A stretch of DNA of 64,000 nt from a bacterium (GTDB lineage Bacteria > Armatimonadota > Chthonomonadetes > Chthonomonadales > JAMCWF01), in NCBI GenBank assembly GCA_021842405.1, contig JAKBZR010000004.1, positions 3,666 to 67,665 on the forward strand, read 5' to 3'. A program made the translations under genes and the position numbers. Under the pieces are notes generated by a model that had not been told where the DNA came from, did no database searches, and saw nothing but the letters and a program-made list of their open reading frames with translations. Of this stretch, positions 1 through 9,957 are shown piece by piece; positions within the stretch are counted from its first letter, which is position 1; each line of letters opens with the position of its first letter.

Positions 1-488
1 AGTTCATTTTGGGCAAATACCTGGGCGGCATCTTCACCGTTTTCATCAACATCTTCGCGATGGGGATCGTCTTTTTGGGAGTGCTATACTGGCAGGAGCG
101 CCACCTTGCGCCGGAGATGATAAAGGGCGTTATGCTGACCTTTTTCCAGATGACGCTGCTGGGCTCGGTGACCATCTTCTTCAGCACCTTCGCGACGCCG
201 GTGGTGAATTTTCTGCTCTCATTCGGCATCTTTCTGATCGGCAACCTTTCCGGCATCACCACATCGCTGACAACCAATAAAAACACGGCGACCCGGCTGC
301 TGGCATCCATCGCCCATTTCCTGCTGCCAAACTTCGGGAACTTCAACATTCAAAACAAGCTGATCCATCCCGACATCGTCATCACCAATGAAAACATTTT
401 TATAAGAAACAACATCATCTATGCGATCATCTATTCGTCGTTTTTGTTAGTGTTGGCCATTCTGGTGTTTGATCGCCGGGAGGTATAA
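1..488 (+). CDS. ABC-2 type transporter permease, C-terminal portion (5' end outside the window)
   Basis: The frame of track ORF 9..488 stays open to the window edge. It has several hydrophobic helices (GIFTVFINIFAMGIVFLGVLY, LLGSVTIFFSTFATPVVNFLLSFGIFLIG, IIYAIIYSSFLLVLAILVF), as in ABC-2/NosY-like permeases. Confidence 0.6.
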   Translation, partial: FILGKYLGGIFTVFINIFAMGIVFLGVLYWQERHLAPEMIKGVMLTFFQMTLLGSVTIFFSTFATPVVNFLLSFGIFLIGNLSGITTSLTTNKNTATRLLASIAHFLLPNFGNFNIQNKLIHPDIVITNENIFIRNNIIYAIIYSSFLLVLAILVFDRREV

Positions 489-493
489 CCGGT

Positions 494-1906
494 ATGATGC
501 CAAAAGCCACACGCCGCAAGTGGGTCATCTCCCTGCTTCCGCTCTTGGCGGCCGCCATCTTTATGCAGACGAGGATTGATCCGCTCGTTCCTCAGTTTCA
601 CTCGGGAGAAAATCCAAACGCCGTCTTCAACCTATCGGCCGAGTTCATCCTGGGGCCGTTGCTCGGGTTGAGGCAGGCGGTCGCCGGATTGTTGTGGGTC
701 CGGGCCGATGAGTTTTTCGATAACGGTGATTACGATGCCATTTTACCCATAATCCGCATGGTGACATGGCTCGATCCGCACAACGTGGATGTTTACATCA
801 CCGGCGCCTGGCACATGTCGTACAATTTCACCGATACGCAAGAGCTATCCGACCGCCGCTACATTCCGGCATCTCAAAGACTGCTTGAAGAGGGTGTCGA
901 AAATAACCCCAACATCTACGACATTAAATTTGAGCTGGGCTGGGAAAATTACGACAAGATAAAAAACTATAAAATTGCGGAGCACTGGTTTCAGCGGGCG
1001 TGGGAGAGCCAGGACCTCAACGATGCGGATAAGAAGCCGCCGCAATATGTTTTGCATATGCTGGCGCATGCCCAGGAGCATGAGGCAAAAATCACCGATT
1101 GCATTGCCACCTGGCGCCACGCGCTGGCCCGCTCGCTGGTTCTTTGCAAACAAAAGCCGAAAGACTTTTCCCGCACCAACATGCGGGATACTGAAATACA
1201 CAATCTGCGGTTAACGCTGGAGCGCCGCTTTAGCCGATACTCTCATATGGTGAACTTCAAGGTGGACAAGTGGGCGACCAAATCGGTCAACCCGGTTACC
1301 GGCGCGCCGATTCCGGATTTCGCCTATATCAATCCCAAAACCGGCAAACCGAATCCGCCCGCCATCACTCCGCCGTGGAACTGCGGATTTGACGCCCACC
1401 TCGCATTTCCTGAGCCGAAGGTGATGCAGGTAAGTGGGTTCTTTAATGTTGGTGATGGAGCTCGGGTGGATGTGCTGCTGTGCGATGATAATTTTACCCT
1501 GCCCAAGCTGAAGCACTTTTCATTTAATATCAACTACCGGCAGACCATCATGATGGATTCGATCGCAGTGATCCACGAACAATTCGACGGCCGGATTGAT
1601 ATGTCGAAGGATCCCAAGATGTATAGCTTCTCGCGGTCCCACTACATCGTTCGATTGACCTTTAATCCGCGCAGAACATTTCCCTACCTCCAGGACCGGT
1701 TTGGATGGAGCGGGGAAGGGATGGCCGACAAACGCTACCTTTACGTTAATCCGTATCAGCCGCATAAGCCGGTGCGAATGCTGGAGAAGGTATTCTATAT
1801 CAGCAGGGCGCAGGTGATGGGGCTGCAGCCGATCACCAATGCGAACGTGCTGCCCAACGATTCGCCGCTGGTAAAGAAGGTAAACACGCTCTGGACGCCG
1901 TATTAA
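494..1906 (+). CDS. hypothetical membrane-anchored protein, probably co-transcribed with the ABC-2 permease
   Basis: 470-aa ORF starting 5 nt after the permease stop. N-terminal hydrophobic anchor (WVISLLPLLAAAIFM). I recognise no named motif. Confidence 0.6.
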   Translation: MMPKATRRKWVISLLPLLAAAIFMQTRIDPLVPQFHSGENPNAVFNLSAEFILGPLLGLRQAVAGLLWVRADEFFDNGDYDAILPIIRMVTWLDPHNVDVYITGAWHMSYNFTDTQELSDRRYIPASQRLLEEGVENNPNIYDIKFELGWENYDKIKNYKIAEHWFQRAWESQDLNDADKKPPQYVLHMLAHAQEHEAKITDCIATWRHALARSLVLCKQKPKDFSRTNMRDTEIHNLRLTLERRFSRYSHMVNFKVDKWATKSVNPVTGAPIPDFAYINPKTGKPNPPAITPPWNCGFDAHLAFPEPKVMQVSGFFNVGDGARVDVLLCDDNFTLPKLKHFSFNINYRQTIMMDSIAVIHEQFDGRIDMSKDPKMYSFSRSHYIVRLTFNPRRTFPYLQDRFGWSGEGMADKRYLYVNPYQPHKPVRMLEKVFYISRAQVMGLQPITNANVLPNDSPLVKKVNTLWTPY

Positions 1907-1913
1907 ACGATGT

Positions 1914-2185
1914 GATCGTGCTAGGCGGGGAACTAGCGGTGCCCTGTACCCGCAAACCGCTACAGCGGGGCTGAATTCCCTGCTCTCGGTTGCTTGGTTT
2001 TGTCAGTTCAGCCGCTCGTGGGCGGTAATGATGGCTTGGCCCTGCGCGACGAAACTCAGGTGAAACGTGTCAGGCCCGGAAGGGAGCAGCACTAAGCCTG
2101 TCACTCGGGTGCCGCGGGTAATCCGGGCCGGAGCCGCCTTGAACGGGCTTCTGGTAGACCGGCGATCAAAAGCAGGGGCACGATC
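1914..2185 (+). ncRNA. ffs: signal recognition particle RNA, long (Bacillus-type, Alu-domain-containing) form
   Basis: Universal domain IV motif GTCAGGCCCGGAAGGGAGCAGC at 2069..2090. The 5' part (GGGGAACTAGCGGTGCCCTGTACCCGCAAACCGCT) resembles the 5' Alu-domain region of Bacillus scRNA. The termini pair: GATCGTGC at 1914..1921 with GCACGATC at 2178..2185. It lies directly upstream of dnaX, as in Firmicutes. Confidence 0.85.
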
Positions 2186-2244
2186 ACCTTAAGTTTTTGG
2201 AGAGGTTGCCTCATCGCCCATTCTTTCCGCGGCAGGTCGGCTCA

Positions 2245-3894
2245 GTGAGCTACATAGCCCTTTATCGAAAATACCGATCTCAGGACTTCGATCAACTCAT
2301 CGGTCAGCAGACGGTTACTCAGACGTTGAGAAACGCCATCGCGACCGGGCGCTTTCCTCACGCCTACCTGTTTTGCGGTCCCCGCGGAACAGGCAAGACC
2401 ACCACCGCGCGCCTGCTCGCGAAAGCGCTGAACTGCCTCTCGACCGATGCTCCAACCCCCGATCCCTGCGGCTCTTGCGCAATGTGCACCGCCATCGCCG
2501 ACAACTCCGCCATAGACGTGATCGAGATGGATGCCGCCTCCGAAACGAGCATCGAAAACGTCAAGGAGCAAATCATTCAGAATGCGCGATACGCGCCCGC
2601 ACAAGCCCGCTACAAGGTTTACATCATTGATGAGGTACACGATCTATCGGCTAAGGCATTTGACGCTCTGCTGAAAACGATCGAGGAGCCGCCGCCGTTC
2701 GTGGTGTTCATTTTAGCGACCACCGAATCACAGAAGGTGCCGCTGACCATCCGCTCCCGCTGCCAGCGGTTTGATTTCAGGCGCGGCTCCTATCAGGACA
2801 TTTCGGAGCTGTTGCGACGGGTGCTCGATCGTGAAAACCTCTCATACGAAGCGGAGGCGGTGCCGATCATCGCCCGCAGCGCGGAGGGGTCTTACCGGGA
2901 TGCGCTCAGCCTGCTGGAGCAGGTGGTTGCCTACTCCGGTGAGAAAATAACGGTTGAGGCGGCCCACAACGCGCTTGGTACGGTGGGCGATGAAGTGCTG
3001 GATCAGGTCACCCATGTTTGCGCTCAGAGCGATTGGGCCGCCGCCATTAAGCTGGCGAACGACCTGATTGCTTCGGGGCGCGACGTTCATGGATTGATCA
3101 ATCAACTCTCCAACCACTGGCGCGATCTGCTGGTCATCAAATCGGGACCGGAGGTCGCTCAGTCACTATCACTCTCTCCGGAGAGGATCGAGACGCTGCG
3201 AACCCAGTCGCTCGGTTTCAGCCGCGAAAGGCTGCTGGCTATGATTGATATACTCAGCCAGGCGGATCGCGATTTGAGATGGACGCAACAGCACCGCCTA
3301 TTGCTGGAGTGCACCCTTTTGAAGCTGCTTTCCGATCATCGCCCCCTCGGCAAAGCAGCCGCAACCGGCCACGCCGCTCCCTTGCAAAGACAGGCGGTAG
3401 AATCCGCAGCCGTATCAGCGGCTGATTCACCCAAAACGGCCGCGCCTGTCGGATCGGTTGACTTGATGGGCTTGCAGCGTATGTGGCCGCAGGTGCTGGA
3501 GAGCATCCGCAAAAACAGCGGTTCACTCGCCGGACTTTTGGGGGATGCCAGTATTATTGGACTGAACGGATCGGTGATCACAATCGGATTTGCAACCCAG
3601 TTTCATTTCGGCCGCATTGAGGAGAAAAGAAAAGCCTTTATCACTCAGCATCTCAATCAAGTGCTGGGAACCAAAGACCTCTCGATACAATGCGTTTTAG
3701 ACGAGAAGCGGGAGAGCGAACCGCCCGCTGATGCCGAACTTCCGTTACAGGGGATGGTATCGGGACCGGCCGCAGTGAAGGGAGCAGAGATTGGCAACGG
3801 CGGCCCTGAATCGGCAGGTGAAGCTCAAAGCGATCTTGAGGCCGACGTGATTAAAACGTTCAACGGGAAAAAGATATCAAATGGAGGGAGTTAA
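2245..3894 (+). CDS. dnaX: DNA polymerase III subunit gamma/tau
   Basis: Walker A GPRGTGKTT, zinc module CGSCAMC, and TIRSRCQRF. From GTG 2245 the N-terminus reads VSYIALYRKYRSQDF, the canonical DnaX start. The track start at TTG 2197 would add 16 aa and nearly touch the SRP RNA. Confidence 0.9.
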   Translation: MSYIALYRKYRSQDFDQLIGQQTVTQTLRNAIATGRFPHAYLFCGPRGTGKTTTARLLAKALNCLSTDAPTPDPCGSCAMCTAIADNSAIDVIEMDAASETSIENVKEQIIQNARYAPAQARYKVYIIDEVHDLSAKAFDALLKTIEEPPPFVVFILATTESQKVPLTIRSRCQRFDFRRGSYQDISELLRRVLDRENLSYEAEAVPIIARSAEGSYRDALSLLEQVVAYSGEKITVEAAHNALGTVGDEVLDQVTHVCAQSDWAAAIKLANDLIASGRDVHGLINQLSNHWRDLLVIKSGPEVAQSLSLSPERIETLRTQSLGFSRERLLAMIDILSQADRDLRWTQQHRLLLECTLLKLLSDHRPLGKAAATGHAAPLQRQAVESAAVSAADSPKTAAPVGSVDLMGLQRMWPQVLESIRKNSGSLAGLLGDASIIGLNGSVITIGFATQFHFGRIEEKRKAFITQHLNQVLGTKDLSIQCVLDEKRESEPPADAELPLQGMVSGPAAVKGAEIGNGGPESAGEAQSDLEADVIKTFNGKKISNGGS

Positions 3895-3898
3895 TCCA

Positions 3899-4246
3899 AT
3901 GACGAAAGGATTTGGCGGCATGCCGGGCGGGCTGGGCGACCTCAATCGGTTAATGAAGCAGGCTCAGCAGCTTCAAGCCCAGTTGGAAAAGCTGAAGGAG
4001 GAAATGGCGGATGCTCGTTTTGAAGCCTCATCCGGAGGCGGTCTGGTAACTGCAACGGTGGATTTCCAGAATAAGCTGGTGAGCCTTAAAATTTCACCGG
4101 AAGCGGTTGACACCAACGATATCGAGATGCTAGAAGACCTGATCCTCAGCGCGGTGCATCGGGCGACTGAGATGGCGCAAGAAGAGATTGAGAAGCGCAC
4201 CCAAACCCTGACCGGTGGATTAGGCCTTCCACCCGGATTTATGTAA
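3899..4246 (+). CDS. ybaB: YbaB/EbfC family nucleoid-associated protein
   Basis: Sequence LMKQAQQLQAQLEKLKEEM...SGGGLVTATVDFQNKLVSLKISPEAVD is typical of the family. ATG 3899 is preceded by GGAGGGAG. It follows dnaX, the conserved synteny. Confidence 0.85.
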   Translation: MTKGFGGMPGGLGDLNRLMKQAQQLQAQLEKLKEEMADARFEASSGGGLVTATVDFQNKLVSLKISPEAVDTNDIEMLEDLILSAVHRATEMAQEEIEKRTQTLTGGLGLPPGFM

Positions 4247-4256
4247 GAGGGAATTT

Positions 4257-5765
4257 GTGATGACTGAAGAAGCGGTCGTTCCAGCGCTGGAAATGCGGCA
4301 TATATCGAAAACGTTTCCCGGTGTGCGCGCACTGGATGATGTCTCGCTCACCGTGATGCTGGGCGAGGTGCACGCTCTGTTGGGTGAAAACGGCGCCGGT
4401 AAATCCACTTTGATGAAGATACTGGCCGGCGCACACCCGAAGGATACCGGTGAGATACTGCTGAATGGCAAGCCGGTACACATAGATAGTCCGCAATCGG
4501 CGATGGAGCTGGGTATCTCCATCATCTATCAAGAGTTCAACCTAGTGCCCTATCTCAACGCGGCTGAAAACATCTTTCTCGGCCGCGAGCCCCGCGCCAA
4601 GATCCCATCGTTCGTTGATTTCCGAAAAATGTACGCCGATGCCCAGGCTATCATTGACCGACTCGGCGTGAAGCTGAACGTCCGAACGCCGGTCAACCGC
4701 CTCTCGGTGGCGCAGCAGCAGATGGTGGAGATCGCGAAAGCAACCTCGCGAAAGAGCCGTGTCATCGTCATGGATGAGCCTTCCGCCACCTTGACCGAGC
4801 ATGAGCTGGCCAGCCTCTTCACCCTGATCCGTCAGTTGCAATCGGAGGGGGTCAGCATCGTCTACATATCCCATCGGCTGGAGGAGGTTTTTGAAATCGC
4901 CAACCGGGTCACCATTCTGCGGGATGGCCGCTGGGTTGCCACTGAAAAGGTGGCCGATCTCGATCGCGATCAGATCATCCGATACATGGTTGGGCGCGAG
5001 TTGAAGGATATCATCCCCAAGGCACCGGCTGCGGTGAAAGAGCCGGCGTTAAGGGTCGTTCACCTAAACCGAACCGGCGTGCTTCACGATATCAACCTGA
5101 CCGTTCACTGCGGTGAGGTGCTAGGTTTGGCCGGGTTGGTGGGTGCTGGACGCACCGAGGTGGCGCGGGCCATTTTCGGGGCCGACCCGATCGATTCGGG
5201 CCGGATCGAACTATTCGGCAAGCCGGTGCGCATCCATTCCCCCGAATCGGCCATCCGTCATGGAATCGGCCTGATCACCGAAGACCGCAAGGCTCAAGGA
5301 TTGATCTTGGGCATGGCGGTACGTGAAAATACCACGCTGGCCAACCTGGCTGCCCTCTCCCGGTTCGGGTTCGTCTGCCGAGCGAAAGAGCGCGAAGCGG
5401 CCACCAAATACGTCAAAGATTTGCGGGTACGGACACCCACCATCGAGCAGGCGGTGCAAAACCTGTCTGGTGGGAATCAGCAAAAAGTGGTTCTGGCCAA
5501 GTGGCTCTTCACCAAGTCGAAGATACTGCTCTTTGACGAGCCGACCCGTGGAATTGATGTGGGAGCCAAGACGGAGATCTATCAGCTTATCAATCAACTG
5601 GCGGCCGAAGGCGTGGCGATCATCATGATCTCTTCCGAGCTGCCGGAAATACTGGGAATGAGCGATCGCATACTGGTGATGCACGAAGGGCGAATTGCGG
5701 GGGAGCTTTCCCGCGCGGAAGCTACACAAGAGAAAATTATGCATCTGGCTACCGGTGGTGAATAG
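4257..5765 (+). CDS. monosaccharide (CUT2, ribose/xylose/galactoside-type) ABC transporter ATP-binding protein, duplicated cassette
   Basis: Two ABC cassettes: Walker A GENGAGKST and GLVGAGRTE, signatures LSVAQQQ and LSGGNQQK. About 500 aa, typical of RbsA/MglA/XylG. An alternative ATG lies at 4260. Confidence 0.85.
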   Translation: MMTEEAVVPALEMRHISKTFPGVRALDDVSLTVMLGEVHALLGENGAGKSTLMKILAGAHPKDTGEILLNGKPVHIDSPQSAMELGISIIYQEFNLVPYLNAAENIFLGREPRAKIPSFVDFRKMYADAQAIIDRLGVKLNVRTPVNRLSVAQQQMVEIAKATSRKSRVIVMDEPSATLTEHELASLFTLIRQLQSEGVSIVYISHRLEEVFEIANRVTILRDGRWVATEKVADLDRDQIIRYMVGRELKDIIPKAPAAVKEPALRVVHLNRTGVLHDINLTVHCGEVLGLAGLVGAGRTEVARAIFGADPIDSGRIELFGKPVRIHSPESAIRHGIGLITEDRKAQGLILGMAVRENTTLANLAALSRFGFVCRAKEREAATKYVKDLRVRTPTIEQAVQNLSGGNQQKVVLAKWLFTKSKILLFDEPTRGIDVGAKTEIYQLINQLAAEGVAIIMISSELPEILGMSDRILVMHEGRIAGELSRAEATQEKIMHLATGGE

Positions 5766-5823
5766 TGAGCCGCTTCCAAACAATTGAGAGCATCGCCCCC
5801 ATTTCGAAGCGGAGGATCATTTA

Positions 5824-6846
5824 TTGAAGGAGCGAATACTGCGCGTCTTAACCGACTACGGCATTGTATTGATGCTGATCGTGCTCGTAGTCTATTTCAC
5901 CATTAGTACCCCAAACCACATATTTATCACCCCGCTGAATTTAATCAATATCACCCATCAGATCGCAATCAACACGATCTTGGGTATTGGAATGACCTTC
6001 GTCATCATCACCGCCGGCATTGACCTGTCGGTTGGCTCGGTGCTGGCCTATTGCGGCCTGGTTGCGGCCGATATGGTGAAGCATGGCCTTCACATCGGCG
6101 GCGTAACCATCCTGCCCAACACGCCGGTTCCGCTCGCGGTGCTGGAAGGCTTGCTCGGCGCGCTGGTGGTCGGCGGCTTTATCGGTTCACTGAACGGTGT
6201 CGTGATCACCAAGTTCAAGGTCAACCCCTTTATCGCAACCTTAGCCGCCATGACGATCGTGCGGGGTTTCGCCTTCATTTACAACAACTCCTATCCCATT
6301 TCCAACCTGCCCAACTCCTTCGATAAGCTAGGGGGTGGCGTCGGCGGCCGCTTTATGCACATCCCCTACCCGGTATGGGTGGCCCTCTTGCTGGTCGTGA
6401 TCAGCCATTTTGTACTGAGCCGAACCCGTTTCGGTCGTCAAGTCTATGCGGTGGGAGGCAATGAGGAGGCATCCAGGCTCTCCGGCGTGAATACCAATCG
6501 GGTAAAGCTGATGGTCTACATCATTATGGGTGTGTTGGCGGGTCTGGCCGGCGTGCTGCAGGCGGCCGATGTCTCATCGGCAGACCCGCAGGCCGGCCTG
6601 ATGTATGAGTTAAACGCCATCGCAGCGGTGGTACTCGGCGGCAGCAGTTTGATGGGTGGTCGCGGCACCATTCTCGGCACCTTGCTGGGCGCGCTGGTTA
6701 TCGGCGTTTTAAACAACGGTTTGATCATGCTGGGCATCAGCGACTTTTACCAGCAGGTCTGGCGAGGTGTGGTGATCCTCTTTGCGGTACTGCTGGATCA
6801 AGCCAAGATCGCGCTGTTGGCGCGCCAGCGACGGGTTGCCGAATAG
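5824..6846 (+). CDS. CUT2 sugar ABC transporter permease (RbsC/AraH-like)
   Basis: 340-aa polytopic membrane ORF directly after the ATPase, with GGAGGA upstream of TTG 5824. It resembles RbsC-type permeases (GIDLSVGSVLA, TRFGRQVYAVGGNEEASRLSG). Confidence 0.8.
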   Translation: MKERILRVLTDYGIVLMLIVLVVYFTISTPNHIFITPLNLINITHQIAINTILGIGMTFVIITAGIDLSVGSVLAYCGLVAADMVKHGLHIGGVTILPNTPVPLAVLEGLLGALVVGGFIGSLNGVVITKFKVNPFIATLAAMTIVRGFAFIYNNSYPISNLPNSFDKLGGGVGGRFMHIPYPVWVALLLVVISHFVLSRTRFGRQVYAVGGNEEASRLSGVNTNRVKLMVYIIMGVLAGLAGVLQAADVSSADPQAGLMYELNAIAAVVLGGSSLMGGRGTILGTLLGALVIGVLNNGLIMLGISDFYQQVWRGVVILFAVLLDQAKIALLARQRRVAE

Positions 6847-6889
6847 CGGCCAACCGAGCTATCCTCGAAAGGTAACCAGCGGCTAGCGG

Positions 6890-7075
6890 CTACTCATCGT
6901 CCGGAGTTTCAGCGCAAGGCTCCTCGATGGGTTGCTTGAAGTAGGCGCGGGCGGTATTGGCGTCCACCAGTATGAGCGACGCCAGCTCCCAACCCTTCTC
7001 ACCTTCCGCATTTAACTTTGATTCGGAAATAGCCAGATCGCGGATGACGATCATCTTATAACGCCAGCATTTCAT
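6890..7075 (-). CDS. small DUF4177-like protein
   Basis: AAGGAG lies 7 nt upstream of ATG 7075. The sequence MKCWRYKMIV...LNAEGEKGWELASLILVD resembles DUF4177. The longer track start at 7129 lacks an RBS. Confidence 0.5.
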   Translation of the reverse strand: MKCWRYKMIVIRDLAISESKLNAEGEKGWELASLILVDANTARAYFKQPIEEPCAETPDDE

Positions 7076-7176
7076 TGCTTCCACTCCTTCTATTGGAGGA
7101 ACGGGAGTTCCAGCACAACCAATCATCACTTCATTGACAGCAACCCGGCACCGGCGATGATGAATGCGGATAAAAG

Positions 7177-8481
7177 CTAGCCGGGTGGCTCTTCACCTTT
7201 GTTGCGAAAGTCATCAAGCCAGTACAGCAACCGCCCGGCCGCATCCCGCACTGCATCGGCCACACACTGGTTGATCGTGCGAATTCGCGGGTGGTTCCGA
7301 ACGTAATCCGTTCGGCTGGTGGTTGTCCCTCTTTCGTCATCGCGCCATATTACCTTGCCGCTTGAATTTAAGATCGCAGCAGTCATTCGTGCGGAGGCAT
7401 GGCGCATAAGTCGGGGTTGATCGGTGGGTTGACCCTGAGCTTGAATGGGCCTTTGCTCTACCTCGATGTGATCCACGCGGGCAACAACCAGGTAGTCGCA
7501 GCCCAGTTGTTGGGCCAACTCGGTGACTAGTTCCGTATTAGGATGCGTGGCATCCAGCCACAGATCGGTGGGTCGCAGATCGAGCTTGAGCATCGTATCG
7601 CGTACCAATCTTGGCTTAATGGTGGTTAAAAACGGCCCCAGGTCGGGCAGGAAGAGCACGTCCGACGTACGGGCCAGGGTGTTAAGTGGCAAACGGGCGG
7701 GTGCGGAGGCTGACGGCTCATAGAGGTGGCCGAATTGAGGGATGACCGCCGGCAGATAGGCGATCGCACCCGATTGAGTGAAGTTCGGTTCGATGCCGGT
7801 TAATAGCAGCTGTTTCAGTTGAGACAGCACCCGATTGACCGCCTCATTCAGCAGGCTTTCATCCGAGCGCTGATATCCGCTGGCAAAGAACTTATGATAG
7901 GTTGAGCCGGCGCCGCTGAGCGTGCAGAGGCGGATCAATTGCTTCGAGCGGGGTCGGGCCAGGTAGATTTTCAACTGGACCGCAAGGGTGCGCTGGCTGG
8001 CGCTTTTGGTTTCAAATCGGCTGATCGCCATCGCGCAAACGGCGTCCGCACCCTTCCGTTTTGCCTCGGCCAGCAGTTGGGCCGGATCGGGGTCGAGATA
8101 ATCGCCAACCGGCGCTGATTTCCATCCATTCGCTGGATTTGCGGTTGGAGGACGATCACCCGTGAAGTTAATCGGTATCGTGGTGAGATAAGGTATTTTT
8201 GAAAGCGCGGAAAGGATTTTTGCGATCAGCTTCTGCCGGCATTGATTTTCCAGGCGGATGAAGTTCAACTCACGCCGCTGGATTTCTCGAGTGGGCAGGC
8301 GCTTTTTTTCTCCCACCATCAGGGGCGAGCGGATATTCGGCGCGATCGCGAGGGGGGCCAGCAGCAGCTTCCGGACGTAGGCGATCGGGCAGGCCGGTTG
8401 AGGTGCGCTCGGCTTTGCAAGGGCCGATTGCCCCATCAATAGCAAGCCAAAACCGCTTATTATGGGATAGAGATACTTCAT
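7177..8481 (-). CDS. hypothetical secreted protein
   Basis: 434-aa ORF with a signal peptide (MKYLYPIISGFGLLLMGQSALA). No recognisable catalytic motif. Confidence 0.6.
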   Translation of the reverse strand: MKYLYPIISGFGLLLMGQSALAKPSAPQPACPIAYVRKLLLAPLAIAPNIRSPLMVGEKKRLPTREIQRRELNFIRLENQCRQKLIAKILSALSKIPYLTTIPINFTGDRPPTANPANGWKSAPVGDYLDPDPAQLLAEAKRKGADAVCAMAISRFETKSASQRTLAVQLKIYLARPRSKQLIRLCTLSGAGSTYHKFFASGYQRSDESLLNEAVNRVLSQLKQLLLTGIEPNFTQSGAIAYLPAVIPQFGHLYEPSASAPARLPLNTLARTSDVLFLPDLGPFLTTIKPRLVRDTMLKLDLRPTDLWLDATHPNTELVTELAQQLGCDYLVVARVDHIEVEQRPIQAQGQPTDQPRLMRHASARMTAAILNSSGKVIWRDDERGTTTSRTDYVRNHPRIRTINQCVADAVRDAAGRLLYWLDDFRNKGEEPPG

Positions 8482-8496
8482 TGCACTTTAATGCCG

Positions 8497-9957
8497 TTAT
8501 GAAACCTCAACCGGCACCCGAATGAGGGTGACCGAGTGGGCTGGAAAAGTGTGATGCTCTTTTAATTGGAACGGTGGTTTCTCGGTAATGTTCACCGCGT
8601 CCGGGTCGTGGAAGGTATTGGCGCTCATGCCATCCAGCCCGTTCAGCTCCCACGCTAACGCATTGCCGCTGACGATCGCGTCTCGGAGGTGAATTCGGGT
8701 ATGGAGCGGTTGGTCCGGGCATCGGTTGATGACCGCCAGCGTCAAGGTATGACGGTCATCGGTCAAGGCGGCGGATGCATCCAGGAAGGGGGTCGAATTC
8801 CGGGGCGTTGCCCCCCCATCCGCATGACCGAGGGTAAATCGCTCCGAATCGGTACGCAAACGGAGAGCGCGGCTTCCGAAATGATTCGCATAGAGCTTAA
8901 AAGCCAAGTACTGCGGCGTGATGTGGGTGCCGCTTTCATCGGAGACAATCGCGCCGATCACGTTGACGAGCTGGGCCAGGTTGGCCATCGTGACCCGCCG
9001 GCAATGGCGGTGCATCGCGTGGAATACGCCGGCCGCAAAAAGACCGTCCTTCAGCGCGTAGCTCTCTTCCAACCCGTTTTCAACCGTCCCTCGGAACCAG
9101 ACGTTCCACTCATCGAAGGCGATTTCGATGGGGGCGTCTCGCTGCAGGCGTGATTCGGCCACCGCGATTACGTGTTCCAGCAGCTCGAGGCGCTCCTCGC
9201 AGTAGTGAGCCGCCGCCACGGTCGGCAAATATTCCGGTCCGCCCACATAGATGTGGATGGAGAGGTAGTCCACCTCATTACCGCATTCTCGGAGCACCGA
9301 CAAATCCCACTCGGGGTCATTGGCTCCCACCGCAACCGTTCGGATATGGGGATCAACCACCTTCATAAAATGAGACCACTCACGGGCCAATCGGCCGTAC
9401 TCAACGGCGGTGCGATGGCCGTGCTGCCACTTGCCGTAGATTTCATTACCGATGCCCCAATATCGCACCTGGTGTGGCTTGCTGTGACCCAGCGCGCTGC
9501 GCTTTGCAGCATAGGTGGAATCACCATCGCGGTTGCAATATTCCACCCACCGCAGCGCTTCATCCAGGGTGCCGGTACCGGTGTTTACACAGATATAAGG
9601 GTTGGTGCCGATCTCTTTGCAGTACTCAATAAACTCATCGGTGCCGAAGTGATTGTCGTCAAGGGCGTTCCAGGCGGTATCCAGGCGAACCGGTCGTGAG
9701 TTGCGAGGGCCGATGCCGTCTTCCCAATGATAGTTGGAGGCGAAGTTGCCGCCCGGCCACCGCAGGATCGGACAGCGGATCGCTTTCACCGCGTCCAGCA
9801 CGTCCACCCGAAAGCCGCGCCGATCCGATAGCGGCGACCCCTCGTCGAAAATGCCCCCATAAATGCAGCGGCCAAGGTGCTCAATGAAATGGCCGTAGAT
9901 GTTGGGATTGATAACGCCGGTCTCTTCCGCGCAAAAGACCTCGATTGAGCTTGTCAT
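8497..9957 (-). CDS. abfA: alpha-L-arabinofuranosidase, glycoside hydrolase family 51
   Basis: N-terminal NPNIYGHFIEHLGRCIYGGIFDEGSPLSD and WGIGNEIYG-type motifs are typical of GH51. ATG 9957 is preceded by GAGGAGAA. The track extension to 10122 is probably spurious. Confidence 0.85.
   Translation of the reverse strand: MTSSIEVFCAEETGVINPNIYGHFIEHLGRCIYGGIFDEGSPLSDRRGFRVDVLDAVKAIRCPILRWPGGNFASNYHWEDGIGPRNSRPVRLDTAWNALDDNHFGTDEFIEYCKEIGTNPYICVNTGTGTLDEALRWVEYCNRDGDSTYAAKRSALGHSKPHQVRYWGIGNEIYGKWQHGHRTAVEYGRLAREWSHFMKVVDPHIRTVAVGANDPEWDLSVLRECGNEVDYLSIHIYVGGPEYLPTVAAAHYCEERLELLEHVIAVAESRLQRDAPIEIAFDEWNVWFRGTVENGLEESYALKDGLFAAGVFHAMHRHCRRVTMANLAQLVNVIGAIVSDESGTHITPQYLAFKLYANHFGSRALRLRTDSERFTLGHADGGATPRNSTPFLDASAALTDDRHTLTLAVINRCPDQPLHTRIHLRDAIVSGNALAWELNGLDGMSANTFHDPDAVNITEKPPFQLKEHHTFPAHSVTLIRVPVEVS

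Noticed and set aside
2197-2244. N-terminal extensions from the ORF track: dnaX from 2197, ybaB from 3881, abfA to 10122, Gfo-family from 31598, beta-lactamase-like to 43759, trmFO to 45173, IMPase from 36893
   Set aside because: In each case a downstream start has a better RBS and restores the conserved family N-terminus. The extension otherwise overlaps an RNA gene, a repeat element or the neighbouring gene.
3865-3873. A-run GGGAAAAAG near the end of dnaX as a possible gamma/tau programmed frameshift site
   Set aside because: It lies only about 8 codons before the normal stop. A shift here would not produce a shortened gamma subunit, and there is no downstream stem-loop.
5211-5783. Long antisense ORFs inside well-supported genes (5211..5783, 29008..29589, 29959..30561, 47643..48221, 57870..58451, 8689..9153, 9172..9699 and similar)
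   Set aside because: They overlap genes with clear conserved motifs on the other strand. They have arginine/proline/glycine-rich composition typical of GC-rich antisense frames, and I see no RBS.
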